Source: an uncultured Gemmatimonadales bacterium (GTDB lineage: Bacteria; Gemmatimonadota; Gemmatimonadetes; Gemmatimonadales; GWC2-71-9). Taken from it: a stretch of 64,000 nucleotides of DNA. The notes beneath the pieces were generated by a model. That model had not been told where the DNA came from. It searched no databases and saw only the letters and a program-made list of their open reading frames with translations. The first letter of the stretch is position 1, and every line of letters starts with the position of its first letter. A program made the translations under genes and the position numbers. Where the stretch lies: positions 864,001-928,000 of the forward strand of contig CAVSLV010000001.1 in assembly GCA_963728915.1 (NCBI GenBank), given 5' to 3'. This document shows, one piece after another, positions 10,322-19,520 of the stretch.

Positions 10322-11879
10322 GCCGCGGCGCTCCGCGGCGCCCCTCGTGGCTGCCGGGATCCTGCTCAGCCGGATCGCCGGACTCGTCCGGCAGCGGGTC
10401 CTGGCGCATTTCCTGGGACTGACGGATGCGGCCGATGCCTTTGCCGCGGCGTTCCGGATTCCCAATTTCCTCCAGAATCTGTTCGGCGAAGGCGTGCTGA
10501 GCGCGTCGTTCATTCCGGTGTACGCCCGACTCAACGCCGAAAACCGTCAAGCCGATGCCCGAAAGGTTGCCGGGGCGGTGGCGGCGCTCCTGGCCGTGAC
10601 GGTCGCGGCGCTGGTCGCGCTCGGGGTCACGTTCGCTCCGGCGATCACCTCGGTCATTGCCGTAGGTTTCAGCGGGGAGAAGCGCGCCCTGGTCACCCGG
10701 CTGGTGCGCATCCTCTTTCCCGGTACCGGGTTTCTGGTCTTTTCTGCCTGGTGCCTCGGTATTCTCAACAGCCACAGGAAGTTTCTCCTTTCGTACACCG
10801 CGCCGGTCGTGTGGAACGCCGCGATCATCGCCGCCGCGATCCTCTCTCCCGCCGCCGCGGCGTCCGCCACGCTGGTCATCTGGGTGGCCTGGGGCGCGGT
10901 GGTGGGCGGGCTGCTTCAGTTCGCGGTGCAGCTTCCGCCGGTATTCCGGCTGCTTCGATCGCTCCCCGTGGGAATACCGCTCCGCGATCCGTCTACCCGG
11001 CTGGTCCTCCGGAACTTCGTGCCCGCGTTCGTCGGCCGCGGGGTGGTCCAGATCAGCGCCTTCGTCGACGCGATCCTGGCGAGTCTCCTGCCCACCGGCG
11101 CCCTCGCCGGCCTGGCCAACGCACAGACTCTGTATACCTTGCCCGTCAGTCTCTTCGGGATGTCGGTGGCCGCCGCCGAGCTGCCCGAGCTTTCCGCCGA
11201 GGCGGGAGCGGGGGAGGAGGCGTACACCCGGCTCCGCAATCGAATCGAAACGGGCATGGCCCAGATCGCGTTCTTCATCATTCCCTCGATGTTTGCGATG
11301 GTGGCCCTCGGCCAGGTGATCGCCGCCGCGGTCTTCCAGACCGGACTATTCAGCCGAGCCGATGCCGACTACGTGTGGGGAATTCTGGCGGGCTCCGCGG
11401 TCGGTTTGCTCGCGGGTACGCTGGGTCGCCTCTACGCTTCGGCCTGGTACGCCCTTCACGATGCCAGGACGCCGCTCCGGTTCGCCCTGATTCGGGTCGC
11501 CGCCACCATCGCTCTCGGTTACATCGCGGCGCTCTACCTGCCGCAATGGATCGGGATCGAAGCGCGCTGGGGTGCCGCCGGGCTCACCGCTTCCGCCGGA
11601 GTCGCCGGCTGGCTCGAATTCACCCTCCTGCGGCGAAGCCTGACCCGCCGGATCGGGCCGACTGGTTTTCCGCCGGGTTACCTGGTGCGGCTCTGGACCG
11701 CGGGCGCGCTGGCGAGCGCGGCAGGGTGGGGCGTCCTGCTCCTGCTGCATGGGCGCTGGGGCGCCATTGCCACCGCCCTCGCCGTCCTGTTTCCTTTCGG
11801 TATCGTCTATCTGGCCGGGACGGTGCTGCTTCGAGTGCCGCTGGCTCTTCGACTGGTGAACCGAATCTCCTTCGTATGA
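10314..11879 (+). CDS. murJ: Lipid II flippase MurJ (MviN)
   Basis: LSRIAGLVRQ, ADAFAAAFRIPN, FGEGVLSASFIPV and multiple transmembrane segments. Confidence 0.93.
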   Translation: MAEPRRSAAPLVAAGILLSRIAGLVRQRVLAHFLGLTDAADAFAAAFRIPNFLQNLFGEGVLSASFIPVYARLNAENRQADARKVAGAVAALLAVTVAALVALGVTFAPAITSVIAVGFSGEKRALVTRLVRILFPGTGFLVFSAWCLGILNSHRKFLLSYTAPVVWNAAIIAAAILSPAAAASATLVIWVAWGAVVGGLLQFAVQLPPVFRLLRSLPVGIPLRDPSTRLVLRNFVPAFVGRGVVQISAFVDAILASLLPTGALAGLANAQTLYTLPVSLFGMSVAAAELPELSAEAGAGEEAYTRLRNRIETGMAQIAFFIIPSMFAMVALGQVIAAAVFQTGLFSRADADYVWGILAGSAVGLLAGTLGRLYASAWYALHDARTPLRFALIRVAATIALGYIAALYLPQWIGIEARWGAAGLTASAGVAGWLEFTLLRRSLTRRIGPTGFPPGYLVRLWTAGALASAAGWGVLLLLHGRWGAIATALAVLFPFGIVYLAGTVLLRVPLALRLVNRISFV

Positions 11880-13713
11880 CCGCCGCAGAAATCCCCGAAA
11901 CGCTCCAGCGCAAGCTCGACGCCCTTCCCACCGGGCCCGGGGTGTATTTGTGGAGGGATCGGCAGGGCCAGGTCCTGTACGTCGGGAAAGCCGCGAACCT
12001 CCGGAGCCGGGTCCGCAACTACTTCGGTGCGGATTTCGAGGCCGGCGGCGGTCCCAAGGATCGCCTGCTGCGCCGGCTCATCGCTGATCTGGACACCATC
12101 GTGGTGGAGCGGGAGAGTCAATCGCTGCTGCTCGAGAACAACCTGATCAAGGAGTACCAGCCGCGATTCAATGTTCGCCTCAAGGATGACAAGAGCTATC
12201 CCTCGATCGCGGTCACGCTGAAGGAGCCGTTTCCACGAGTCCTGGTCACCCGGCGCCGGGATATTCCCGGCGCCCGCTATTTCGGCCCTTACACCGACGT
12301 CGGAGAGATGCGGCGCGCGCTCGCGCTGGTCCGGAGAATCTTCACGGTGCGAAGCTGCGACGATGACCTCCCGGCCCAGCGCCGCGACCGGCCCTGCCTC
12401 GATTTTCACATCGGACGATGCTTGGCGCCCTGCGTCGGCTGGCAGGAGCAGCCGGCCTATCGCGCCATGATCGACGAGGTGGTCGCCTTCCTCGAAGGAC
12501 ACACGGTGGATGTGCGGAGCCGGGTCCGCGAGATGATGCGGGAAGCGAGCGAAGGAGAGGACTACGAACGCGCCCGCGACCTGCGGGACACCCTCCGCTG
12601 GCTCGATGAGATCGACCGACCCGCGGCGGTGGAGACCATCGGGACCGGCGATGCCGACGTGATCGGGTACGCCAGAGACGGCGACGATGCGGTCGGGGTG
12701 CTGTTCCGGATCCGTGAGGGGAAGGTGACCGACCGGGAGCACCGCTTTCTGGAGAATGTCGAGGGGGAATCCGACGCGGACATTCTGGAGGCGTTCCTGG
12801 TGCGATACTATGTCCCGCTGAACGACCGGGCCCCTCGCGTCATTCTTCCCTTCGCTCCCTCCGAAGTCGGTCAGATGGAGGCGCTGCTGCCCGAATCCGC
12901 TCTTGCCTGCCCACCCGTGGCACCGCCCGGCGCTGGCTCGAGCTGGCCGACCGGAATGCCCAGCACTTGATGGAGACCCTGCGGCTCGAGTCCTTCGAAG
13001 CGGAAGAGCGCTCCGGCGATCCGGTCTATGCCCTGGGGCGCGACCTGGGGCTCGCCGCGGTGCCCCGGACGATGGTGTGCGTGGACATCTCGACCAACCA
13101 GGGCCGCGATACGGTCGGCTCCCTGGTCGCGTTCGAAGCGGGCCGTCCCCGCAAGAGCGAATACCGGAAGTTCCGGATCAAGGGGGTCGGCCAGCAGGAC
13201 GACTTCGCGGCGATCCATGAAGTGGTGACCCGATACCTGACCCGGCGGGGCCAGGAAGGGAAGCCCCTTCCGGATCTCATGGTGATCGATGGCGGAAAAG
13301 GCCAATTGAGCGCCGCGATGGCGGCGGCGCAGGAAGCCGGCGTTGTCGATCTCCAGCTCGTCTCGCTGGCCAAGCGCGATGAAGAGATCTTTCTGCCCGG
13401 GCACCCGGAGCCGCTCAGGCTCTCCCGCCGGAGCCCGTCGTTGCGACTGCTTCAGCGGATTCGCGACGAGGCGCATCGCTTCGGGTTAGCCTATAACCGG
13501 AATCGCCGGCGGGCCCGCACCATCACGTCCGCGCTGCTGGAAATCCCCGGGATCGGCGCCGAGCGGCGACGCCGTCTCCTGGAACGGTTCGGAAGCCTGG
13601 CCGGAGTGCGATCCGCCTCTCCCGCCGAAATCGCCTCGGTCCCGGGACTCTCCGAGACCATGGCGACCCGCATTCTGGAGCACCTGAACTCGAATCTCGC
13701 GAACAAGAACTGA
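11876..13713 (+). CDS. uvrC: Excinuclease ABC subunit C; single frameshift near 12906
   Basis: N-half has the GIY-YIG motifs PGVY and YVGKA, plus LKDDKSYP and a Cys cluster. C-half has PTRG..RWLELA..NA, DIS, DDFAAI, IDGGKGQL, RDEAHRF and HhH motifs. The frames join with one extra C at 12906-12907. Confidence 0.92.
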
Positions 13714-13721
13714 GGCCTCTC

Positions 13722-14891
13722 ATGGACTGGATGCTCGAATGTGTGAGTTGCGGGACCACCGCCAGGCCCGACGGGCGGGAGACCGTCTGCGCCTGTGGAC
13801 AACCGTGGCTGGTGCGGTACCCGTCGCGCCAGGCCGGGGAACGGACCCGTTCGGGAAGTCCCGACGCCCGGGGAATGTGGCGATTCCGGAAGTTTCTTCC
13901 TCTCGGGCCCGGCGAGGAGCCGGTCACCCTGGGCGAAGGCGACACACCCCTCCTGCCGATCCCCAGAATGGCGCAACAGCTCGGGCTGCCCAATGCGCTC
14001 CTCAAGGAGGAAGGGGTCAATCCCACCGGGAGCTTCAAGGCTCGGGGGCTTTCAGCCGCCATAACCCGCGCCGTCCTGGCCGGGGTCCGGGCCTTCACGC
14101 TGCCGACCGCGGGAAACGCCGGGGTCGCCGCCGCGGCGTACGGAGCCCGTGCCGGAGTCCCGGTCCGGGTGTATGCGCCTCGCAGCACCCCACCGACCCT
14201 CCTGGGTCAGATCGTCGTATTCGGCGGCGATCTTCATCTGATCGACGGTCACATCGGGGACGCCGGCCGGGCCAGCCGGAAATACGGGGAGGAGTCGGGG
14301 GCGTTCGATCTCTCCACCCTGCGGGAGCCCTACCGGATCGAAGGAAAGAAGACGCTCGGCCTCGAGCTGGCCGAACAGTTCGACTGGCAACTTCCCGACG
14401 CGATTCTGTACCCGACCGGCGGAGGCACCGGTTTGATCGGAATGTGGAAGGCATTTCTCGAGCTGCGGGAGGCCGGCTGGGTCTCAAACACGACCCCGCT
14501 CCCCCGCATGTTCACCGTCCAGGCGAGCGGCTGCGCCCCGATCGTGAAAGCGTTCGACGGCGGGCGAGACTCGGCCGAGCCCTGGACCGACCCCCGAACC
14601 TCCGCGAGCGGCTTGCGAGTGCCGGGCCCCCTGGGAGACCGGCTGATCCTGCGCGCGTTACGGGAAAGCGGGGGCGGGGCGGTCGCGGTGGACGACGCCG
14701 AGCTTCAGCATGCGGCCGCCGAGGGAACCCGCCTCGAAGGAGTCGATTTCTCCCCCGAGGGCGGCGCCATACTGGCCGCCGCGAAGCTCCTGGTCCAGCG
14801 GGGTGTGCTGAGACGGAACGATCGGGTCGTCCTGTTCAACACCGGGGCGGGGTGGCTGTACCGCTCCCCTTCCGAATTGCCCGGGAGGTGA
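13722..14891 (+). CDS. thrC: Threonine synthase (PLP fold II)
   Basis: MWRF, TLGEGDTP, NPTGSFKARG, REPYRIEGKKT, PTGGGTG and FNTG. Confidence 0.85.
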   Translation: MDWMLECVSCGTTARPDGRETVCACGQPWLVRYPSRQAGERTRSGSPDARGMWRFRKFLPLGPGEEPVTLGEGDTPLLPIPRMAQQLGLPNALLKEEGVNPTGSFKARGLSAAITRAVLAGVRAFTLPTAGNAGVAAAAYGARAGVPVRVYAPRSTPPTLLGQIVVFGGDLHLIDGHIGDAGRASRKYGEESGAFDLSTLREPYRIEGKKTLGLELAEQFDWQLPDAILYPTGGGTGLIGMWKAFLELREAGWVSNTTPLPRMFTVQASGCAPIVKAFDGGRDSAEPWTDPRTSASGLRVPGPLGDRLILRALRESGGGAVAVDDAELQHAAAEGTRLEGVDFSPEGGAILAAAKLLVQRGVLRRNDRVVLFNTGAGWLYRSPSELPGR

Positions 14892-14952
14892 TTCCCGGCG
14901 ATATTTCCACTTCTGGTCCAAGACCTTTTTTGACGGATTCTCAAGGAGCAGC

Positions 14953-16635
14953 ATGATGAGGGGCATTCCGATCCTCGTCCTCGGCGCCGCGTTTGCGGGT
15001 TGGGCGAATCTCACACCACTGGCGGCCCAGGGGGGTGGAATCAACCAGCGACTCGCCCAGGGACAACCGGCCAAATTCGTCCAGGGCCTCTGCCCCCTGC
15101 GGCTCGGCAACAAGAAGCTCGAAGCGGGGTACAACTCGCTCAAGAAAGCCTATGACGCCAAGACCCCCGACGAACGGTCCAGCCTCCTGAACGACGCCCG
15201 CCAGAATCTGGTGGCCGCGATCACGACCGAAGGCCAGGGGACCAACGGAGCGTCGTGGTACTACCTGGCCCGCACCGCGCTCATGCGGGGCGATCCGGTC
15301 GAAGCGGATTCCGCCTTTACCAAGGCGCAGGAGCTCGTCCCCGCCTGTGAAATCGACATCTCGACCCACCGGCAGAACAGCTGGGCCATCCTCGGGAAAG
15401 CCGGGATCGACGCTCAGCAGGCCGGCCAGAGCGACAGCGCCCTCGCCCTCTTCTACGATGCGAACTACCTCTTCCGCGGCTTGCCCCATGTCTATTCGAA
15501 CATCGGGGTGATCTACGCCAACTCCGGCAGGAGCGACAGCGCCGCGGTGTACTTCGAGAAGGCACTGGCCCTTGCGGAGTCCGATTCGAGCCTGATGGAT
15601 CAACGCAATGGGGCGGCCCAGAATCTCGCGTTGATGCAGATCCGCACCCAACAGTTCCCCCAGGCCATCCAGACGCTCCAGAAGTCGCGACGCTGGTACA
15701 TCGAGGAGAGCAAGACCAAACAGACCCGGGTCGACTCGCTCCAGAAGGTTCAGCCCCAGACGCCGGCGATCGCCCAGGAGATCGAGAACCTGAAAAATGA
15801 CATCTCGACCGCCCAGACCAGTCTCACCGATACCGAGAAGACCCTGGCGCTCACCTTCCGCAGCCAGGGCATGGCGGACAGTGCGGAAGCGATGGAGCAC
15901 TCCGTGGTCGACAAGTTCTCCGCGATGAACCTCGATTCGCTGGAAACCGGCGACCTTCTCACCGTCGGGGTCGCCCACTTCAATGCCGGGCGATACGATC
16001 AGGCGAAGGCGGCCTTCGGGAAGGCGGTGCAGCGAAACGGCTGGAGCCGGGATGCGCGCTACAACCTCGCGATCACTTACCTCGCCGAATCCCGCAAGGC
16101 GCGAGATTCGACCGAAGCGCTCAAGAAAGCCGCCCGGGCGACTCGCAACCCCACCGCGGCCATGAAGGCTCAGTTCGCCGACACGCTCAAGCTGGATGCG
16201 GCGCTGGCGGAGGAGTATGGCGCGCTGGAAAAGGAGGGAACCCACCTCGTGGAAATCGACCCGATGAACGAGGACGCATTGCGGCTCCTGGCCCAGGCCC
16301 AGCGAGGGCTCAAGGAGGAGCAGGCGTCATACAAGACCGCGGAGCGCTTGGTCGGGCTCCCATTCTCGGTGGAGATCACCGGGTTCCAGATGGGCTCGAC
16401 CAAGGCGCACCTTACCGCGCAGGCGACCGGGCGGAATCCGATGGATGCGGAGGGGAAGCCGATCAAGCCTTCCGCGATGACGCTGGTGTTCGAGTTCCTC
16501 GATGCCCAGGGCACCGTGTTGGACACCCAGACCGCGCAAGTCCCAGTGCTGACCGCAGGGCAGCAGCAGCCGATCGACCTGGACGCCAAGGGCGCCAATA
16601 TCGTCGCCTGGAGGTATCGGCCCAAATCGAGCTAG
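14953..16635 (+). CDS. Secreted tetratricopeptide-repeat protein with a C-terminal beta-rich domain
   Basis: AAGGAG RBS and signal peptide. TPR-like segments (WYYLAR, YSNIGVIYAN, ARYNLAITY). C-terminal LVFEFLDAQG...IVAWRY. Confidence 0.75.
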   Translation: MMRGIPILVLGAAFAGWANLTPLAAQGGGINQRLAQGQPAKFVQGLCPLRLGNKKLEAGYNSLKKAYDAKTPDERSSLLNDARQNLVAAITTEGQGTNGASWYYLARTALMRGDPVEADSAFTKAQELVPACEIDISTHRQNSWAILGKAGIDAQQAGQSDSALALFYDANYLFRGLPHVYSNIGVIYANSGRSDSAAVYFEKALALAESDSSLMDQRNGAAQNLALMQIRTQQFPQAIQTLQKSRRWYIEESKTKQTRVDSLQKVQPQTPAIAQEIENLKNDISTAQTSLTDTEKTLALTFRSQGMADSAEAMEHSVVDKFSAMNLDSLETGDLLTVGVAHFNAGRYDQAKAAFGKAVQRNGWSRDARYNLAITYLAESRKARDSTEALKKAARATRNPTAAMKAQFADTLKLDAALAEEYGALEKEGTHLVEIDPMNEDALRLLAQAQRGLKEEQASYKTAERLVGLPFSVEITGFQMGSTKAHLTAQATGRNPMDAEGKPIKPSAMTLVFEFLDAQGTVLDTQTAQVPVLTAGQQQPIDLDAKGANIVAWRYRPKSS

Positions 16636-16664
16636 TTGACCGGGCAGGGGCCGGTTGCGATTTT
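16636..16664 (+). promoter_or_regulatory. Probable sigma70-type promoter of tRNA-Gly
   Basis: TTGACC-N17-GATTTT with an extended TG, ending 14 bp before the tRNA. Confidence 0.45.
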
Positions 16665-16678
16665 TCCGCTCGAAACCC

Positions 16679-16750
<72 letters not shown>

Positions 16751-16754
16751 TTCC

Positions 16755-16850
16755 TCGGAGGGTCGGTGGGGTCGGAGAGGTCGGTGGGAGCGGAGCTTCC
16801 GACCTCACTGACCTCTCCGACCGCTCCGACCGCTCCGACCCCACCGACCG
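16755..16850. repeat. Imperfect inverted repeat built from tandem 9-mers (GGTCGGWGR units followed by CTCCGACCN units)
   Basis: GGTCGGTGG GGTCGGAGA GGTCGGTGG ... CTCCGACCG CTCCGACCG CTCCGACCC CACCGACC, read directly from the sequence. Confidence 0.8.
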
Positions 16851-16853
16851 CCC

Positions 16854-18149
16854 GTGATCGCCGTCATCGGCGCAGGAAGCTCCGGGCTGGTGGCCGCGAA
16901 GAACTTCCTCGCCGAAGGGTTTGCGGTCCAGGTCTTCGAGCAGGAAAAAGACCTCGGCGGGAACTGGAACTATGGTACTCCAGTCGCCCGGGTCTACCGC
17001 TCCACCCACACGATCTCTTCCAAACCGGGGACCGAGTACCCCGACTTCCCGATGCCTGGGGAGTTTCCGGACTATCCCCACCACTCCCAGATCCTCGCAT
17101 ACCTGCGGAGCTACGCCGAGCGATTCCGTTTGTTCGATCACATCCGGTTTCGGACCCAGGTCGACCGACTGCTTCCCATCGATGAGCGGGATCCCGCCAC
17201 CCCATGGGAGATTCGGCTTGCCGACGGCTCGGCCCATCGGTTCGACGCGGTGGTCATCGCCAACGGCCATCACACCGCTCCGCGATTTCCCGAGTATCCG
17301 GGCCGTTTTGCCGGAACCACGATCCACTCGGCGGAGTACCGATCGCCCGACATCTTCCCGGGAAAACGGGTCCTGGTCATCGGGGGAGGGAACAGCGGTT
17401 GCGACATCGTGGTGGAGGCGGCCCAGTTCGCCGACCACGCCTGGCACAGCACCCGGCGCGGGTACTGGTACATGCCCAAGTACGTGCTCGGCCACCCCGC
17501 CGACCAGGTGGCCGACCTGATGCTCGCCCTGCGGGTGCCCCTCGCGTTACGGCGCGCCAGCGCCACGCTCCTGCATCGCGTTCTGGTAGGATCCTCCCGA
17601 CGCACCGGCCTGCCCAGGCCCGACCATCGGCTCTTCGAGACCCATCCCGTGGTGAACTCACTCCTCCCCTACTACGTGGGCCAGGGCGACATCACCCCGA
17701 TGCCCGACATCGCCCGGTTCGATGGCCAATCAGTTCACTTCATCGATGGCCGGTCCATTACGGCGGATCTGATCGTCTTTGCCACCGGGTATCGACTGGA
17801 GTTCCCCTTCATCGAGGAGCGGCTGCTGAACTGGCAGAACGGGCACCCCGGGTTCTATCTCCACGTGTTCCATCCAGTGTTCGACAACCTGTTCATGGCC
17901 GGTCTCATTCAGCCCGACAGCGGCCAGTTCGGCCTGGTCCACTGGCAAACGTCCGCCGCCGCCCGGTTCACCCGGGCCAGACTGGCCTCGGAGGCTGCCG
18001 CTGAACGTCTTCGGCACCGGAAAGCGAACCCGAGTTCCGACCTGGGTGGTGGCGTTCGCTACAAGGATTCCCCCCGACATCACCTCGAGATCGAGCACGC
18101 GAGCTACCAGCGCCGACTGCGCCGGTGGTCCCGCGCGCTGGCTGGCTGA
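16854..18149 (+). CDS. Flavin-containing monooxygenase (class B)
   Basis: GAGSSG FAD motif, LGGNW, FMO fingerprint FAGTTIHSAEYR, GGGNSG NADPH motif and FATGY. Confidence 0.9.
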   Translation: MIAVIGAGSSGLVAAKNFLAEGFAVQVFEQEKDLGGNWNYGTPVARVYRSTHTISSKPGTEYPDFPMPGEFPDYPHHSQILAYLRSYAERFRLFDHIRFRTQVDRLLPIDERDPATPWEIRLADGSAHRFDAVVIANGHHTAPRFPEYPGRFAGTTIHSAEYRSPDIFPGKRVLVIGGGNSGCDIVVEAAQFADHAWHSTRRGYWYMPKYVLGHPADQVADLMLALRVPLALRRASATLLHRVLVGSSRRTGLPRPDHRLFETHPVVNSLLPYYVGQGDITPMPDIARFDGQSVHFIDGRSITADLIVFATGYRLEFPFIEERLLNWQNGHPGFYLHVFHPVFDNLFMAGLIQPDSGQFGLVHWQTSAAARFTRARLASEAAAERLRHRKANPSSDLGGGVRYKDSPRHHLEIEHASYQRRLRRWSRALAG

Positions 18150-18195
18150 GCAACGAGCCAGACCTAATCTGCCAAACGACGTCACTTCTCAATTG

Positions 18196-18222
18196 CTAAG
18201 TCTTGAAATTGTAGAAGGATAG
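18196..18222. promoter_or_regulatory. 27-bp gapped palindrome (CTAAG-N17-GATAG) upstream of the DUF512-der operon
   Basis: Same spacing as the copies at 26243, 41901, 47171 and 53104. Overlaps a possible TTGAAA-N17-GATCTT promoter. Confidence 0.5.
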
Positions 18223-18242
18223 AGCGATCTTTCCAGGTTACC

Positions 18243-19520
18243 ATGCTCAAGGTCACCGGAGTCGCCGAAGGCTCAATCGCGGAAGCGATCGGCATCGTGC
18301 CGGGGACCCAGCTCGTTGCGGTCAACGATCACCCCATCGCCGATTTCCTCGACTGGGAGTTCCTCAGTGCCGAGGAGGAGCTCCTGCTCCGGATCCGGCA
18401 GCCCGATGGGGAGGAAGTCGAGGTTGACCTGGAGCGCTCGCTCGCGGAACCGATCGGGGTCGCGGTCGAGCCGCCTCGGATCCGGCGTTGCGCCAATCGG
18501 TGCGACTTCTGCTTCGTCGACGGTCTCCCCGAGGGACTCCGGGACGTCCTCTACATCCGCGATGATGATTACCGGCTCTCGTTCCGGTACGGCAACTTCG
18601 CGACCCTCACCAATCTCAAGCCCGCCGACGTCCGGCGGATCATCGAATACCGGCTCTCACCCCTCTATGTCTCGGTTCACGCCACCGATCCGGTGTTGCG
18701 GCGACGGCTTCTCCGGAACCCGCTCGCGCCGGACATCCTGGAGCAGCTCGGTACCTTCGCCCGCCGCGGGATTCGATTCCATACCCAGATCGTGCTGCAG
18801 CCCGGCGTGAACGACGGCGCGGTCCTCGAGCAGAGCCTAGGCGATCTCGAGAGCCTGGGCGAGGCGGTCCAGAGCGTTTCCGTGGTTCCGGTCGGGCTGA
18901 CCGAGTTCAGCAAGCACGACCGGGTACGCGAAGCAACCGCTGGGGAATGCGCCGCCGCGGCGCATCAAGTGGAGCGCTGGCAGCAACGCGCGCTGGCGCA
19001 TCGCGACCAATACTGGGTTTACGGAGCCGACGAGCTCTACCTCCGCGCCGGACTCGATCTCCCCCCCGAAGAGACCTACGAGGATTTCGAGCAGGTCGAG
19101 AACGGCGTTGGTTCGGTGCGCTATCTCCAAAGGGCGATTCGCCGGCACGCGGGGAAGTTCCAGAAATGGATGGGAAGCCGCGTGGGGGTGGTGACCGGGA
19201 CGTCCATGGGGGCCTTGATGCCGCTGGTGCTCGAGCCCCTGGTGCAGGCTGCCGGGGCCCGGTTCGAGCTGATCGTCGTGCCGAATGGACTGTTCGGCCC
19301 ACGGGTCTCCACCGCAGGGCTGCTCCCGGGCGCCTCGATTGCGGCGGTCCTCGCGGAGCGCCCCGACCTCGACCTGGCCTTGATTCCCGGGGAATCGCTC
19401 AACGAGCAGGGTTTGTTCATCGATGGGATGCGGTGGGAAGGGCTGACCCTGGCACTGCCGTATCCGGTTCATCCCAGCAAGGACTTCGTCGATGCGCTCG
19501 ACCTGCCGGGCGCCGCATGA
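18243..19520 (+). CDS. PDZ + radical-SAM-like DUF512 Fe-S protein
   Basis: N-terminal PDZ-like region (GSIAEAIGI), CANRCDFCFVD, LYIRDDDYRLSF..GNFATLTN, VVPVGLT and QVENGVG. Confidence 0.88.
   Translation: MLKVTGVAEGSIAEAIGIVPGTQLVAVNDHPIADFLDWEFLSAEEELLLRIRQPDGEEVEVDLERSLAEPIGVAVEPPRIRRCANRCDFCFVDGLPEGLRDVLYIRDDDYRLSFRYGNFATLTNLKPADVRRIIEYRLSPLYVSVHATDPVLRRRLLRNPLAPDILEQLGTFARRGIRFHTQIVLQPGVNDGAVLEQSLGDLESLGEAVQSVSVVPVGLTEFSKHDRVREATAGECAAAAHQVERWQQRALAHRDQYWVYGADELYLRAGLDLPPEETYEDFEQVENGVGSVRYLQRAIRRHAGKFQKWMGSRVGVVTGTSMGALMPLVLEPLVQAAGARFELIVVPNGLFGPRVSTAGLLPGASIAAVLAERPDLDLALIPGESLNEQGLFIDGMRWEGLTLALPYPVHPSKDFVDALDLPGAA

Noticed and set aside
10751..11875. Long N-terminal extensions on uvrC (also on der, gpsA, lptB, mqnC, fabG and pyrG in the ORF track)
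   Set aside because: They overlap upstream genes in other frames. Conserved sequence starts at the later start codons, which overlap the upstream stop or have their own RBS.
16755..16850. Possible CRISPR array
   Set aside because: The units are 9 bp with no spacers, and there are no cas genes.
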